Of a stretch of 64,000 bases of DNA, positions 13,088 to 22,826 are shown in pieces. The DNA lies in assembly GCA_040081265.1 (NCBI GenBank), contig JBEBGV010000003.1, positions 73,781 to 137,780 of the forward strand, read 5' to 3'. The position numbers and the translations under genes were made by a program. The stretch's first letter is position 1; each line of letters starts with the position of its first letter. The notes beneath the pieces were generated by a model. The model was not told the DNA's origin. It did no database searches and saw only the letters and a program-made list of their open reading frames with translations. The stretch is from Vicinamibacterales bacterium. Lineage in GTDB: Bacteria; Acidobacteriota; Vicinamibacteria; Vicinamibacterales; UBA2999.

Positions 13088-13121
13088 GGGGGTCCTGGAG
13101 ATCGTGTCCTGAGCCGCTGAA

Positions 13122-14105
13122 TCAGCGAGAGCGGTGTGACTCCCGACCGGAACGACGGTCGAGATTGGTGGCCGGCCGCGGCAGGGGTTTGGTGGCCGAT
13201 GCGACCAGAACCGTGAAGGGATCGCCGGCCTTGGCGGCACCCACCTGGCCGCGGGTGTGGGTGAGCCCTGCGGCGGTCAGCAGCGTCTTGAGTTCGTCCT
13301 GCGAGAAACCCAGGTGCTTGTCCCCGAAGCGTTGCTGCACCCAGCCCTGGGTGTGTGCCTTGAGGTCGAGGACGACCAGGCGTCCGCCCGGCCGGAGCAC
13401 TCGGGCGGCTTCGGCCACGGCCCGCTCCGGGTCGTTGGCGTGGTGCAGGGTCTGGGAGAGGAGCGCCACGTCGAGCGACTCGTCCCGCAGGGGCAGGCGG
13501 GTCAGGTCGCCTTTTCGCCATTCAACATTGCTGACGCGTCGGCGTGCCGCGAGCGCCTTGGCTCGTTCGAGTACCTCGTCTGAGCGATCGACGCCAATCA
13601 CCGTCCTGGCCCACGACGCGGCCTCGATGGTGAGGTAGCCCTCGCCGCACCCGATGTCGACGACATCGAGGGCGGGGAGCAGATGCCCGAGGGCGCGCGA
13701 CCATGCGGCCCAGCTGCGTCCCGGGACGAGCTGTCGCACGTCGCCATGGGTGTCGAAGTCTTCCTTGCGCAGCCGGAGCACTTCCTGCAGCCGGGCATCG
13801 TCCTGCTGCACGGTGCGATCCTCGCTGGCCTCGGCAAACTGGACGTCCAGCATCGCCCACAGCGGGGCGTGGCCGTTCGAGCGGGCATCGTCGGCGAGCC
13901 TGTAGTAGACGAAGCCGGCTTCGCGTGACTCGGCGATGAGTCGGGCGTCCTTGAGGAGGGTGAGGTGACGCGAGACGTTGGACTGGGCGGCGCCGAGGAT
14001 GGCGGTCAGCTCGGTGACGTTGAAGCGGTCCTGGGCGAGGATGCGGAGCAGGCGGAGACGCGTGGGCTCGCCGAGAAGGCGGAAGAGGGCGGACGGCGCC
14101 TGCAT
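13122..14105 (-). CDS. ArsR-type HTH fused to a SAM-dependent-methyltransferase fold (SahR-like regulator), paralogue 1
   Basis: 327 aa. [47 protein letters not shown] is an Ars[15 protein letters not shown]...[13 protein letters not shown] is a class I MTase motif I/post-I. The gene lies 34 nt upstream of metH on the same strand. Confidence 0.85.
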   Translation of the reverse strand: MQAPSALFRLLGEPTRLRLLRILAQDRFNVTELTAILGAAQSNVSRHLTLLKDARLIAESREAGFVYYRLADDARSNGHAPLWAMLDVQFAEASEDRTVQQDDARLQEVLRLRKEDFDTHGDVRQLVPGRSWAAWSRALGHLLPALDVVDIGCGEGYLTIEAASWARTVIGVDRSDEVLERAKALAARRRVSNVEWRKGDLTRLPLRDESLDVALLSQTLHHANDPERAVAEAARVLRPGGRLVVLDLKAHTQGWVQQRFGDKHLGFSQDELKTLLTAAGLTHTRGQVGAAKAGDPFTVLVASATKPLPRPATNLDRRSGRESHRSR

Positions 14106-14124
14106 GTATTCGATGAATTTACAT

Positions 14125-14140
14125 ATATCGATATGATCAT
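14125..14140. promoter_or_regulatory. Overlapping perfect palindromes ATATCGATAT / ATGATCAT: candidate operator in the sahR-like/metH leader
   Basis: ATATCGATAT (14125-14134) and ATGATCAT (14133-14140) lie 20-35 nt upstream of the regulator start (14105) in an AT-rich island. Confidence 0.4.
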
Positions 14141-14179
14141 GTCAATTAGATCGCCTGAAAATAACCGGCTCGTGTTCGC

Positions 14180-14263
14180 GCGTGCACGAATCTGCGACCG
14201 TGGGACCCGGATCGTCGCGTCGCGGCCGCCTTGTGGCCACAGAATAGTGCTTAGCGTGCACGA
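14180..14263. promoter_or_regulatory. Two copies of GCGTGCACGA (palindromic core CGTGCACG) 74 bp apart
   Basis: Copies at 14180-14189 and 14254-14263, in the 315-nt divergent intergenic region between the sahR-like gene and the GSIII gene. Confidence 0.35.
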
Positions 14264-14420
14264 TTGAGGGGATCAGTTTGCATCAATTGCCAAGATGAAC
14301 TGAATTTAACGGGTGTTTCATTGCGAACTGGCATTCCGGCTGTGCATAATTGGCTTACGGCGTCGCGCATCATTGCCCGAGCGTCCGGACTTCTTCAACA
14401 GACGAAAGGACAACCCCACG

Positions 14421-16598
14421 ATGGGATCTGCAGCACTTTCCGAAGCCATCAAGAGCATCCGCGAGTGGTCCATGACCGAAGGGCGCACCCAGGTGCCGCT
14501 CGGCAAGGCCGGTGAACTGTTCGGCAGCCTGGTCTTCAACGACAAGGCCCAGCAGGAGCGCCTGCCCAAAGCCGCCTATCGGGCGCTGCGCGCGACGATT
14601 ACCCGCGGCGAAGCGCTCGACCTGTCCACGGCTGACGCCGTGGCCAACGCGCTCAAGGACTGGGCTGTCGAGCACGGCGCCACCCACTACTGCCACTGGT
14701 TTCAGCCGCTGACCGGGATCACTGCCGAGAAGCACGACTCTTTCCTCTCGCCCACGAGCGAGGGTGGCGCCATCGTCGAGTTCCGCGGCAAGGAACTCAT
14801 CAAGGGCGAACCTGACGCGTCGAGCTTCCCGTCCGGCGGCATGCGCTCCACGTTCGAGGCCCGCGGATACACCGCATGGGACCCGACCAGCCCGCCCTGG
14901 CTCCACGTCAACGGCAACAACGTCACGCTCGTCATCCCGACCGCCTTTGTGAGCTGGACGGGTGAGGCACTCGATAAGAAGACTCCGCTCCTGCGGTCGA
15001 TGGAAGCCGTGTCGAAGCAGGCGGTCCGCGTCCTGAAGCTGTTCGGCTCCACCGCCGAACGCGTCTTTGCGACCTGCGGTCCCGAGCAGGAGTACTTCCT
15101 CATCGACCGCAACTTCTTCTTCGCTCGTCCTGACCTGATCAATGCGGGCCGCACGCTCTTTGGCGCAACCCCGCCCAAGGGTCAGGAGATGGAAGACCAG
15201 TACTTCGGTACGATTCCCGAGCGCGTGCTGGCGTGCATGGCCGAAGCCGAACTCGAGCTCTTCAAGGTCGGGGTGCCGATCAAGACGCGCCACAACGAGG
15301 TGGCGCCGAGCCAGTACGAAGTGGCGCCGGTCTTCGAGAATGCCAACCTCGCCGTCGATCACCAGATGATGACGATGGAGATGTTGAAGAAGATTGCGCC
15401 GAAATATGGCCTCGCCTGCCTGCTCCACGAAAAGCCCTTCGCCGGCGTGAACGGCTCGGGCAAGCACAACAACTGGTCACTCTCAGACGAGTTCGGCAAC
15501 AACCTCCTGGGTCCCGGCGACACACCGCACGACAACGCGCAGTTCCTGGTCTTCTGCGCCGCTGTGCTCCGTGGTGTGGACCGGTGGCAGGGTCTGCTCC
15601 GGGCGACGATCGCCAGCGCAGGGAATGATCACCGCCTCGGTGCCAACGAAGCGCCGCCGGCCATCCTCTCGGTCTTCCTCGGCGACATGCTGACCGACAT
15701 CTTCGAGCAAATCGAGAAGGGCGGGGCGAAGTCGACCAAGCAGGGTGGAACGCTCGACATCGGAGTCAGCGTGCTCCCGAAGCTGCCGCGTGACGCGGGC
15801 GACCGCAACCGTACCAGCCCGTTTGCCTTCACCGGCAACAAGTTCGAGTTCCGGGCCGTCTCGTCCGGTCAGAACATCGCGTTCCCGAACACGGTGTTGA
15901 ACCTGGCGATGGCGGATTCGCTCGAATACGTCGCCAACGAGCTCGAAGCCGCCACCTCCAAGGGCGAGGACCTGAACAAGGCGGTGGCCAAGCTCCTGAC
16001 CAGGATGATCAAGGACAACAAGCGGATCATCTTCAATGGCAACGGCTACTCAGACGCCTGGCAGAAGGAAGCCGCCAAACGCAAGCTCCTGAACCACAAG
16101 AACACGGTGGACGCGCTGCCTGAAATGGTGACGCCGGCCGCGATCAAGCTGTTCGAGCGCTTCAAGGTGCTCAACGAGCGTGAAGTGCACGCCCGCTACG
16201 AGATCTTCCTCGAGGCCTACAACAAGACGATCAACGTCGAAGGCCAGCTGATGGTGCTGATGGCCAACCGCTACATCCTGCCGGCCGCGCTCGAGTACCA
16301 GAAGCAGATTGCCCAGAGCGTGTCAGCCGTCAAGGCGGCGGGGGCGAAATCGGCTGAAGGCAAGAAGCTGCTCGCCGGCTACGCGAAGCTGGCCGACAAG
16401 TTCAAAGCCCAGGCGGACCAGCTGGCCAAGCTCCTGACCCACGCGGGTGGGTCGTCGGACAAGCACGCCAAGTACATGCGGGACAAGATCGTCCCCGCCA
16501 TGGGCAAGTTGCGCGAACTCGGCGACGAGATCGAGGTCAGCACCCCGCACGAACTCTGGCCGCTGCCAACCTACCGCGAGATGTTGTTTGTGAAGTGA
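14421..16598 (+). CDS. glnN: Glutamine synthetase, type III
   Basis: Start taken at the ATG at 14421, preceded by GAAAGGA ([23 protein letters not shown]...). About 725 aa. GSIII-type N-terminal region, then GSGKHNNWS and [16 protein letters not shown] signatures. Confidence 0.93.
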   Translation: MGSAALSEAIKSIREWSMTEGRTQVPLGKAGELFGSLVFNDKAQQERLPKAAYRALRATITRGEALDLSTADAVANALKDWAVEHGATHYCHWFQPLTGITAEKHDSFLSPTSEGGAIVEFRGKELIKGEPDASSFPSGGMRSTFEARGYTAWDPTSPPWLHVNGNNVTLVIPTAFVSWTGEALDKKTPLLRSMEAVSKQAVRVLKLFGSTAERVFATCGPEQEYFLIDRNFFFARPDLINAGRTLFGATPPKGQEMEDQYFGTIPERVLACMAEAELELFKVGVPIKTRHNEVAPSQYEVAPVFENANLAVDHQMMTMEMLKKIAPKYGLACLLHEKPFAGVNGSGKHNNWSLSDEFGNNLLGPGDTPHDNAQFLVFCAAVLRGVDRWQGLLRATIASAGNDHRLGANEAPPAILSVFLGDMLTDIFEQIEKGGAKSTKQGGTLDIGVSVLPKLPRDAGDRNRTSPFAFTGNKFEFRAVSSGQNIAFPNTVLNLAMADSLEYVANELEAATSKGEDLNKAVAKLLTRMIKDNKRIIFNGNGYSDAWQKEAAKRKLLNHKNTVDALPEMVTPAAIKLFERFKVLNEREVHARYEIFLEAYNKTINVEGQLMVLMANRYILPAALEYQKQIAQSVSAVKAAGAKSAEGKKLLAGYAKLADKFKAQADQLAKLLTHAGGSSDKHAKYMRDKIVPAMGKLRELGDEIEVSTPHELWPLPTYREMLFVK

Positions 16599-16603
16599 GC
16601 CCC

Positions 16604-16639
16604 TAGGGGATAGAGGATTAGGGGATAGGGGATAGGGGT
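16604..16639. repeat. Five tandem heptamers (TAGGGGA, one degenerate, one 1-nt insertion); four GGGG runs (G-quadruplex-capable)
   Basis: TAGGGGA TAGAGGA T TAGGGGA TAGGGGA TAGGGGT starts 6 nt after the glnN stop. The GGGG runs are at 16606, 16621, 16628 and 16635. Confidence 0.85.
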
Positions 16640-16650
16640 TCGGTCCCACC

Positions 16651-16696
16651 GGGGGAGTCACGGGCACGCCTCGGGCGGTCCGTGGCTCCCCCTTTT
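16651..16696 (+). terminator. Rho-independent terminator of the GSIII gene
   Basis: GGGGGAGTCACGG (16651-16663) pairs with CCGTGGCTCCCCC (16680-16692) to form a 13-bp stem with one G.U pair, followed by TTTT (16693-16696). Confidence 0.7.
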
Positions 16697-16889
16697 GCTT
16701 TACCGGAGGGGGTAAACTGAGACCGGGGCAGGATCTGGTACCTATTCTGCACAAAACGCAACACGGCCTGGCGGCCATGCACTTGGCGTAGAGTTGGGCT
16801 TTGCCGCCTACGGATATCTGGTCGAGACGATCCAAGAAATTGTCCCCACTTACGGGTTTCGGGGTTCGACTAGTGACGGCATAGACGCG

Positions 16890-19757
16890 ATGGGTATTCT
16901 GGAAAAGCTTCGTCCCCTGCCAAAGTGGAAGCACTCGGACCCGACGGTTCGAGCGGCTGCCGTGTTTGAACTTGGCGCAACCGAGGGCGACGTCGTCCTC
17001 AGTCTGGCGCGCGACGATGGTGACTCCCGAGTCCGCCGGGCCGCCGTTGGCCGGCTCGATTCGGTGTCTGCGCTCGCCGAGATCGCCAGGACTGACCCTG
17101 ACGATGACGTCCGGGCGGACGCGGTCCGTGCGGTCACTGGACTCGCCGCCGAGGCGACCACTGCCGGTGCCGCCCTCGATGCCGTTCGTGCTCTCGTTGA
17201 ACTCAATAGAACCAAAGAACTTGTGGCGATTGCCCGCGACAATGCCAGCGCCGAAGTGCGCATGGCCGTGGTCGACGCGGTCACCGACGCACGCGCTCTT
17301 GGCTCGATCAGCCGACATGCCGCTGACGGTGCCACCCGCCTGACGGCCCTTGCCCGACTGGTCGACGTGGAGGAGCTCCAGAACGTCGCCCTGAAGGCCG
17401 AGCACACAGACGTGGCGGTAGCTGCGCTGGAGCGTGTGACGGACCCGGAGGCGGTCGCCTCGATCGGACAGCGCGCGCGTAACAAGGTGGCTGCCCGGCG
17501 GGCTCGGACCAGGCTGCGCCTGGCCCAGGAATCCGCGCAGCCTCCCCGCGTCGCAGAGGCGCCCAGGATGTCAGCAGGCGACCGCGCACGGGCCGACTCG
17601 CTGATTGCCCAGGTCGAGGCGGTGGTGACGCTTCGCGATCCGCTCGAGGCCACGACGGCCCTCTCGGCTCAACGTCTGGCATGGGCGGAGTTCAACGCCG
17701 ACGTCGAGATCGACGAGCCGCTGGTGCAACAGTTTGAAGCCGCTTCCGACGCGGCTCGCGAGGCGATCGCAGAGCGTGAACGCGAACGCGCGGCAGAGGA
17801 CGAACGGGCCGGCACCCTGAGGCGCGAGCAGGCCGATCGGATGGCCATCTGCGAGGCGATCGAGCAACTCGACGGCCCGCAGGCCGATGATCACATTGCC
17901 GAACTCAAGGTGCGCTGGGATTCGCTTCCCGCCATGCCGTCGGAGTATGCCGCATCGCTGAATCGTCGATTCCAGGACGCCTGCCGGACCTTCGAGGATC
18001 GTGGACGTCGTCGACGTCTGGCCGAGAGCGCCTCGGCCCGTCTCGACTCGCTTGCCACCGAGGTCGAGCAGATCCTGGCGGCGGGGTTGCCGCTCGAGGA
18101 AACCTTGTCCCGCTGGCGCGGTGTACGGCGCGATGCGGATGTCCTGCGTGAGTTTGGCGACACCAATCCTGCTGCCGCGGAGCGGCTTGAACGGGCGGTG
18201 ACGGTACTCGAGGAAAAGGAGCAGGAGCAGCAGCAGGTTCGTACGAAGCAGGAGGCCGACAATCTTCGGCGGCTGCAGCAGCTGTGCCGGCAGCTCGAGG
18301 GGCTGATGACCGCCGAGACCTTGTCCCTCAAGAGCGGCGACAAGGCGCTGCGCGACATCAAGGCTGCCCTCGAAACGCGCTCTGCGGTCCCCTCCAAGCA
18401 GGACCGCCAGGAAATCCATCGTCGGCTCGAAGCCGCCCGCACCGCGCTCGGTCCTCGCGTGCAGGAGCTTCGCGACGCTGATGAGTGGCAGCGCTGGGCC
18501 AATCTTCAGGTGCAGGAAGAGCTGTGCAAGGAGATGGAAGCGCTCAAAGCCGAGGAGAAGCTCGACATTGCGGCGCGACGTATGCGCGAACTTCAGGGCC
18601 GCTGGAAGGTAGTCGCGCTGGCCCCGCGCGCGCAGGGAGAAGCCCTGTGGAAGCGATTCAAGACGGCGCAAGACGAGGTGTTCAACCGAACGTCCACCCA
18701 TTTCGCCGCGCAGCAGGAAGAGCGCATCACGAACCTGGCGCGTAAACAGGCGCTCTGCGAGAAGGCTGAAAGCCTCGCCGACTCCACTGAATGGGTGAAG
18801 ACAGCGACGGTCATTCAGCAGCTTCAGGCCGAGTGGAAATCGATTGGCGCGGTGAGCCGTGGTCACGAGAAGGCGATCTGGGAGCGCTTCCGCGGAGCCT
18901 GCGATCGCTTCTTCACGAGGCGTCAGGAAGACCTCAAGCACCGCAAGGAAGACTGGGCCGCCAACCTGACCAGGAAGGAAGCGCTCTGCGAACGCGCGGA
19001 GTCGCTCGCCTTGTCGACCGAGTGGGAGGCGACGGCGTCCGCGCTTCGCACGCTCCAGGGCGAGTGGAAGACGATCGGGCCGGTTCGCCGCGCAAAATCC
19101 GAGGTGGTGTGGCAGCGTTTTCGCGCCGCCTGTGATCAGTTCTTCGAACGCTACAAGCACCGCGATCAGGTCGACCTGCTCGCCAAGGCCGCCCCACGCG
19201 AGTCGGTGCTCCAGCGGCTGCAGGCGCTTCTGCCCGCCGGCGATGCACCCGCCGGGGAGGCCCCGGAGGGGCTCTACGCCACGGTGCAGCTGGCCAGGAA
19301 TGACTGGCAGCAGGCCCCCGAACTACCGCGTCATCTGCAGCAGGATCTGACCGGCCGGTTTCATCACACCCTCGGCCGCCTCGTCTCGCATTGGCCGGGT
19401 GCTTTCGCTGGCACCGATCTCGATCCCGAAACCACGCGTCAGCGCATGGAAAAACTGGTCAGTCGGGTCGAACAGCTCCTGAGCTCTCAAGCCGCAGCCC
19501 CGCAGGCTGCGCTATCGCCCACTGAGCTGCTGGCGAAGCAATGGCGCGAGCGCTTGGCGTCCAACACGATGAGCGGCGGCACCAAGTCGGCGGAAGCGGA
19601 CGAAGCGCGCTGGCGCGCCGCGGATCAGGAGATTCGCGCCGCACAGTCGCAGTGGGTGCGTCTGGGGCCCGTCCCCCCCGAGGTGGCCGGCCCGTTGAAC
19701 GAGCGCTTCCAGCGCGCCTGTCGCCGCTTCTATGATCAGAAGCGGCGTGCCTCGTAG
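16890..19757 (+). CDS. HEAT-repeat + multi-DUF349-repeat protein (function unknown)
   Basis: Start probably at the ATG at 16890 (MGILEKLRPLPKWKHSDPTVRAAAV...). The N-terminus has repeated D..VR.AAV HEAT-like units. There are then at least 5 DUF349-type units (W.RF..A.D.FF, for example AIWERFRGACDRFFTRR and VVWQRFRAACDQFFERY). Confidence 0.85.
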   Translation: MGILEKLRPLPKWKHSDPTVRAAAVFELGATEGDVVLSLARDDGDSRVRRAAVGRLDSVSALAEIARTDPDDDVRADAVRAVTGLAAEATTAGAALDAVRALVELNRTKELVAIARDNASAEVRMAVVDAVTDARALGSISRHAADGATRLTALARLVDVEELQNVALKAEHTDVAVAALERVTDPEAVASIGQRARNKVAARRARTRLRLAQESAQPPRVAEAPRMSAGDRARADSLIAQVEAVVTLRDPLEATTALSAQRLAWAEFNADVEIDEPLVQQFEAASDAAREAIAERERERAAEDERAGTLRREQADRMAICEAIEQLDGPQADDHIAELKVRWDSLPAMPSEYAASLNRRFQDACRTFEDRGRRRRLAESASARLDSLATEVEQILAAGLPLEETLSRWRGVRRDADVLREFGDTNPAAAERLERAVTVLEEKEQEQQQVRTKQEADNLRRLQQLCRQLEGLMTAETLSLKSGDKALRDIKAALETRSAVPSKQDRQEIHRRLEAARTALGPRVQELRDADEWQRWANLQVQEELCKEMEALKAEEKLDIAARRMRELQGRWKVVALAPRAQGEALWKRFKTAQDEVFNRTSTHFAAQQEERITNLARKQALCEKAESLADSTEWVKTATVIQQLQAEWKSIGAVSRGHEKAIWERFRGACDRFFTRRQEDLKHRKEDWAANLTRKEALCERAESLALSTEWEATASALRTLQGEWKTIGPVRRAKSEVVWQRFRAACDQFFERYKHRDQVDLLAKAAPRESVLQRLQALLPAGDAPAGEAPEGLYATVQLARNDWQQAPELPRHLQQDLTGRFHHTLGRLVSHWPGAFAGTDLDPETTRQRMEKLVSRVEQLLSSQAAAPQAALSPTELLAKQWRERLASNTMSGGTKSAEADEARWRAADQEIRAAQSQWVRLGPVPPEVAGPLNERFQRACRRFYDQKRRAS

Positions 19758-20685
19758 TTCAACCGCCACCGCAATTCTGCTGGGGCTGGTGTCAGCCCTC
19801 TTTTTCAGCACCACCTTTGTCGTCAACCGGGCCATCGGCCTGGCCGGCGGACACTGGGTCTGGACGGCGGTGCTCCGCTACGCCTGGGCGCTGGTGCTGC
19901 TGGGGGGGTGGTTCACTATCAAGGGAACCCTCCCGCAGGTACTGTCCGCCTTCAGGCGTCATGCGGCGTTCTGGGTGCTGGCAGGTTCGATTGGCTATGG
20001 AGCTTTCTACGCCAGCTTGAGCTTTGCGTCGACGCGCGCACCCGGGTGGATTGTCGCGTGCACCATGCAGTTCACCATCCTCGCCTCGCCGATCGTGCTG
20101 CGCATGTTTGGCGCACGCGTCCGGCGCTCAGGCATCGCCCTCCTGCTCCTCATCTTCGCCGGCATCGTGCTGGTGAATCTGGACCACAGATCGGCGTCCT
20201 CCACGGCGCAGTTCCTCGGCGTGATGCCGGTGCTGATCGCGGCGTTTGCGTACCCGATCGGCAATCAGCTCGTGCAGGAAGGGCGCAACGGCGGGCGTGG
20301 GTGGATCCCCGCCCTCGACGACCCGATCTCTGCTGACGCCTCAGCGAGAGTGTTGTTGATGACGATCGGCTCTGTGCCGTTCTGGATTGCGGTCCTGCTG
20401 CTGCCGCACACCCCCGTTCCAACGACGCAACAGGTGGTCGGCACGCTGATCGTGGCGCTCTGTGGAACCGTCATCGGCACCAGCATCTTTCTCGTGGCCA
20501 GACAGAGTGCTGGCCGTGACCCGAACCTGATCGCCAAAGTGGATGCGACGCAGGCAGGTTACACGGCGTTCAGCCTTGGCGGAGAAGTGCTGTTTCTCGG
20601 CGGGGCGCTGCCCGGCCCGGTGGGCGTGGTCGGACTCGTGCTCGTGCTGGGCGGGCTGGCGGTCTACACGACGACTGCGAAGTAG
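19732..20685 (+). CDS. Polytopic membrane protein, DMT/EamA-like permease superfamily
   Basis: 317 aa, about 10 hydrophobic segments, overlaps the upstream gene end by 26 nt. An alternative in-frame GTG lies at 19747. Confidence 0.8.
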   Translation: MIRSGVPRSSTATAILLGLVSALFFSTTFVVNRAIGLAGGHWVWTAVLRYAWALVLLGGWFTIKGTLPQVLSAFRRHAAFWVLAGSIGYGAFYASLSFASTRAPGWIVACTMQFTILASPIVLRMFGARVRRSGIALLLLIFAGIVLVNLDHRSASSTAQFLGVMPVLIAAFAYPIGNQLVQEGRNGGRGWIPALDDPISADASARVLLMTIGSVPFWIAVLLLPHTPVPTTQQVVGTLIVALCGTVIGTSIFLVARQSAGRDPNLIAKVDATQAGYTAFSLGGEVLFLGGALPGPVGVVGLVLVLGGLAVYTTTAK

Positions 20686-20689
20686 CTGG

Positions 20690-20736
20690 TTACCAGTTCA
20701 GTTACCAGCTACCAGCAACCAGCAACCAGCAACCAG
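20690..20736. repeat. Tandem heptamers NNACCAG (TTACCAG, CTACCAG, CAACCAG x3, plus one degenerate leading copy)
   Basis: The array fills almost the whole 54-nt gap between the convergent stops of the permease (20685) and speA (20740). Confidence 0.85.
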
Positions 20737-20739
20737 GAA

Positions 20740-22692
20740 CTAGCCCTCGAGATAGGTGTAGCCGTGGAGCCCGTCTTCGTAGAAGCGGAGCAGCTGGCCG
20801 GCACCCTCATAGTCCATCCTGCCGGCGTGCACCGCGGTTTCGACGTCGGTGCGCAGCTTGCCAAGAAGCGCTTCGGCGTCGAACTCGACGTAGTCGAGCA
20901 CCTCTCGCACCGTGTCGCCCTTGATCAGGGCGTCCAGTCGCGCGGCGCCGTTCTCGTCCATGCTGACGTGCACCGCGTGGGTATCGCCGAGGAGGTTGTG
21001 GAGGTCGCCGAGGATCTCCTGATAGGCCCCGATGAGAAACACGCCCAGGTAATACGGCTTGCCGTTGACGGTGTGCAGCGGGAGCGTGCGCTTCACGTCA
21101 CGCCGGTCGACGAAACGGTCGAGCTTTCCGTCGGAATCGCACGTGATGTCGCCGAGCACCGCATGATTGAGCGGCTTCTCGTTGAGGCGATGGATGGGCA
21201 TCACCGGAAAGAGCTGCTTGATGGCCCAGCTGTCGGGGATCGACTGAAACAGCGAAAAATTGCAGAAGTAGGTGTCGGACAGCTGCTCGTCCAGGTTCTG
21301 CAGGTCCTCCGGCACCTCGCCCATCGTCTGGGCAATCTTCTGGAGCTTCGTGCATGTTGCCCAGAACAGATTCTCGGCGAGCGACCGCTGCTCGAGCGGC
21401 AGGTAGCCACCGTTGAAGAGCGAGAGCGCCATGTCGAGCGCCTGTTGCGCGTCGTGGAAGGCCTCGAGGGCATTTCGGGCGGTGACGTTGTTGTACGTCT
21501 CGATCAGGTCCGCGACCGGCTGCTCCCAGTCCGGGTTGGCAGAGGTCGGAATCTTCTCGTCGCCAAAGCCCGAGACCCCGAGGACATTGAACACCAGCAG
21601 GCTGTGATAGGCGACGACCGCTCGTCCGCTCTCCGAGATGATCGTCGGGTGCGGCACGCTCGCTTCGTCGCACACACTCTGGATGTGGTAGACGACGTCG
21701 TTGGCGTATTCCTCGAGCGTGTAGTTCATGCTCGACTCGAAGTTTGTCTGCGAGCCGTCGTAGTCCACGCCGAGCCCGCCGCCCACATCCAGGTACTTCA
21801 GCCCCGCACCAAGCTTGGCCAGTTCGGTGTAGACGCGCGCGCCCTCGTTCAGGGCGCCCTTCACGATGCGGATGTTGGTGATCTGGCTGCCGAGGTGGAA
21901 GTGCAGGAGCTTGAGGCAGTCCTGCATGTTGCGGCTCTTCAGCTCCTCGAGGCCGCGCATGATTTCGGTGACCGTCAGGCCGAACTTCGACCGGAATCCG
22001 CCTGAGGACTGCCATCGCCCGCTGCCGCGTGACGCCAGCTTCACGCGCATGCCGATCTGGGGCCGGACGTTGTATTTTTCTGCGGCCTCCAGGATCAGAT
22101 TGAGTTCGGTGTACTTCTCGACGACCGGAATGATGTTGCGGCCCATCTTGTGGGCCAGCATCGCGGTTTCGATGAACTCGGCGTCCTTGAATCCGTTGCA
22201 GATAATCGGCGTTTCGTTGTCGGCCACCGCAATGACGGCGAGCAGTTCCGGTTTGGATCCCGCCTCGAGACCGAAGCCATATGGCCGGCCGAAGTTCAGC
22301 ACCTCTTCGACGACCTGCCGCTGCTGGTTCACCTTGATCGGATACACGCAGCTGTACCCGCCCTGGTACTGGTGCTGCGCGATCGCCGCCTGAAACGCGT
22401 TGTGGATGTCGCCGAGCCGATGTTTGACGATGTCGGTGAAACGGATGAGGACCGGAAGACTGATGCCGCGCAGTTGCAGACGGTCGACCAGTTCCTTCAG
22501 ATCGATGCCGCGCGACGGCTCCTTGGTCGGGTGCACGGCCACGTGGCCAGCCTGGTTGACCGAAAAGTAGCCGTTGCCCCAGCGCGGAACTTCGTACAGT
22601 TCGCTGGCGTCGTGGACACTCCAGGCCGACGTCGACGCGGTGCCGGAAGGCACCGCGGTTGCGCGTCCGTTGGTAGCAGTAGCGTTACTCAT
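20740..22692 (-). CDS. speA: Biosynthetic arginine decarboxylase
   Basis: Start probably at the ATG at complement 22690-22692 (MSNATATNG...). Contains YPIKVNQQRQVVEEV and the PLP-dependent Orn/DAP/Arg decarboxylase fold-III pattern. Length is typical of SpeA. Confidence 0.93.
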   Translation of the reverse strand: MSNATATNGRATAVPSGTASTSAWSVHDASELYEVPRWGNGYFSVNQAGHVAVHPTKEPSRGIDLKELVDRLQLRGISLPVLIRFTDIVKHRLGDIHNAFQAAIAQHQYQGGYSCVYPIKVNQQRQVVEEVLNFGRPYGFGLEAGSKPELLAVIAVADNETPIICNGFKDAEFIETAMLAHKMGRNIIPVVEKYTELNLILEAAEKYNVRPQIGMRVKLASRGSGRWQSSGGFRSKFGLTVTEIMRGLEELKSRNMQDCLKLLHFHLGSQITNIRIVKGALNEGARVYTELAKLGAGLKYLDVGGGLGVDYDGSQTNFESSMNYTLEEYANDVVYHIQSVCDEASVPHPTIISESGRAVVAYHSLLVFNVLGVSGFGDEKIPTSANPDWEQPVADLIETYNNVTARNALEAFHDAQQALDMALSLFNGGYLPLEQRSLAENLFWATCTKLQKIAQTMGEVPEDLQNLDEQLSDTYFCNFSLFQSIPDSWAIKQLFPVMPIHRLNEKPLNHAVLGDITCDSDGKLDRFVDRRDVKRTLPLHTVNGKPYYLGVFLIGAYQEILGDLHNLLGDTHAVHVSMDENGAARLDALIKGDTVREVLDYVEFDAEALLGKLRTDVETAVHAGRMDYEGAGQLLRFYEDGLHGYTYLEG

Positions 22693-22826
22693 CGTCACGG
22701 TACAGCGTAAAGCCTGCGCGTCAAATGTCAACGACGAATCGTCACCGATTCACGTCGGTCTCCTGCACATCGCTGCCTCGAATTGGATTGAGCCGGTCGA
22801 GCGAGGTGGAGAAGAATGGGAACGTC

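Noticed and set aside
13088-13240. 5' extensions of track ORFs: metH to 13240, ahcY to 27658, the OMP to 32287, glnN to 14313, qor to 4316, the PilZ gene to 60835, the TPR-peptidase to 61530, the activator to 59421.
   Set aside because: The extensions overlap the neighbouring gene or translate to non-homologous, Arg/Pro-rich sequence. In each case an internal start gives the family-typical N-terminus.
14106-14420. Cobalamin, SAM or glutamine riboswitch in the sahR-like/glnN divergent region or before metH.
   Set aside because: No B12-box-like or other conserved riboswitch core that I can recognise. The region is better explained by promoters and palindromic operator-like sites.
16604-16639. 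The heptamer arrays (16604-16639 and 20690-20736) as CRISPR arrays or mini-CRISPR.
   Set aside because: The units are 7 nt and directly tandem, with no spacers, and no cas genes are in the window. They are simple tandem repeats.
16790-16880. A tRNA-like GGGGTTCGACT (T-loop-like) sequence upstream of the DUF349 gene.
   Set aside because: There is no complementary T-stem, acceptor stem or D-loop consensus around it, so it cannot fold into a cloverleaf.
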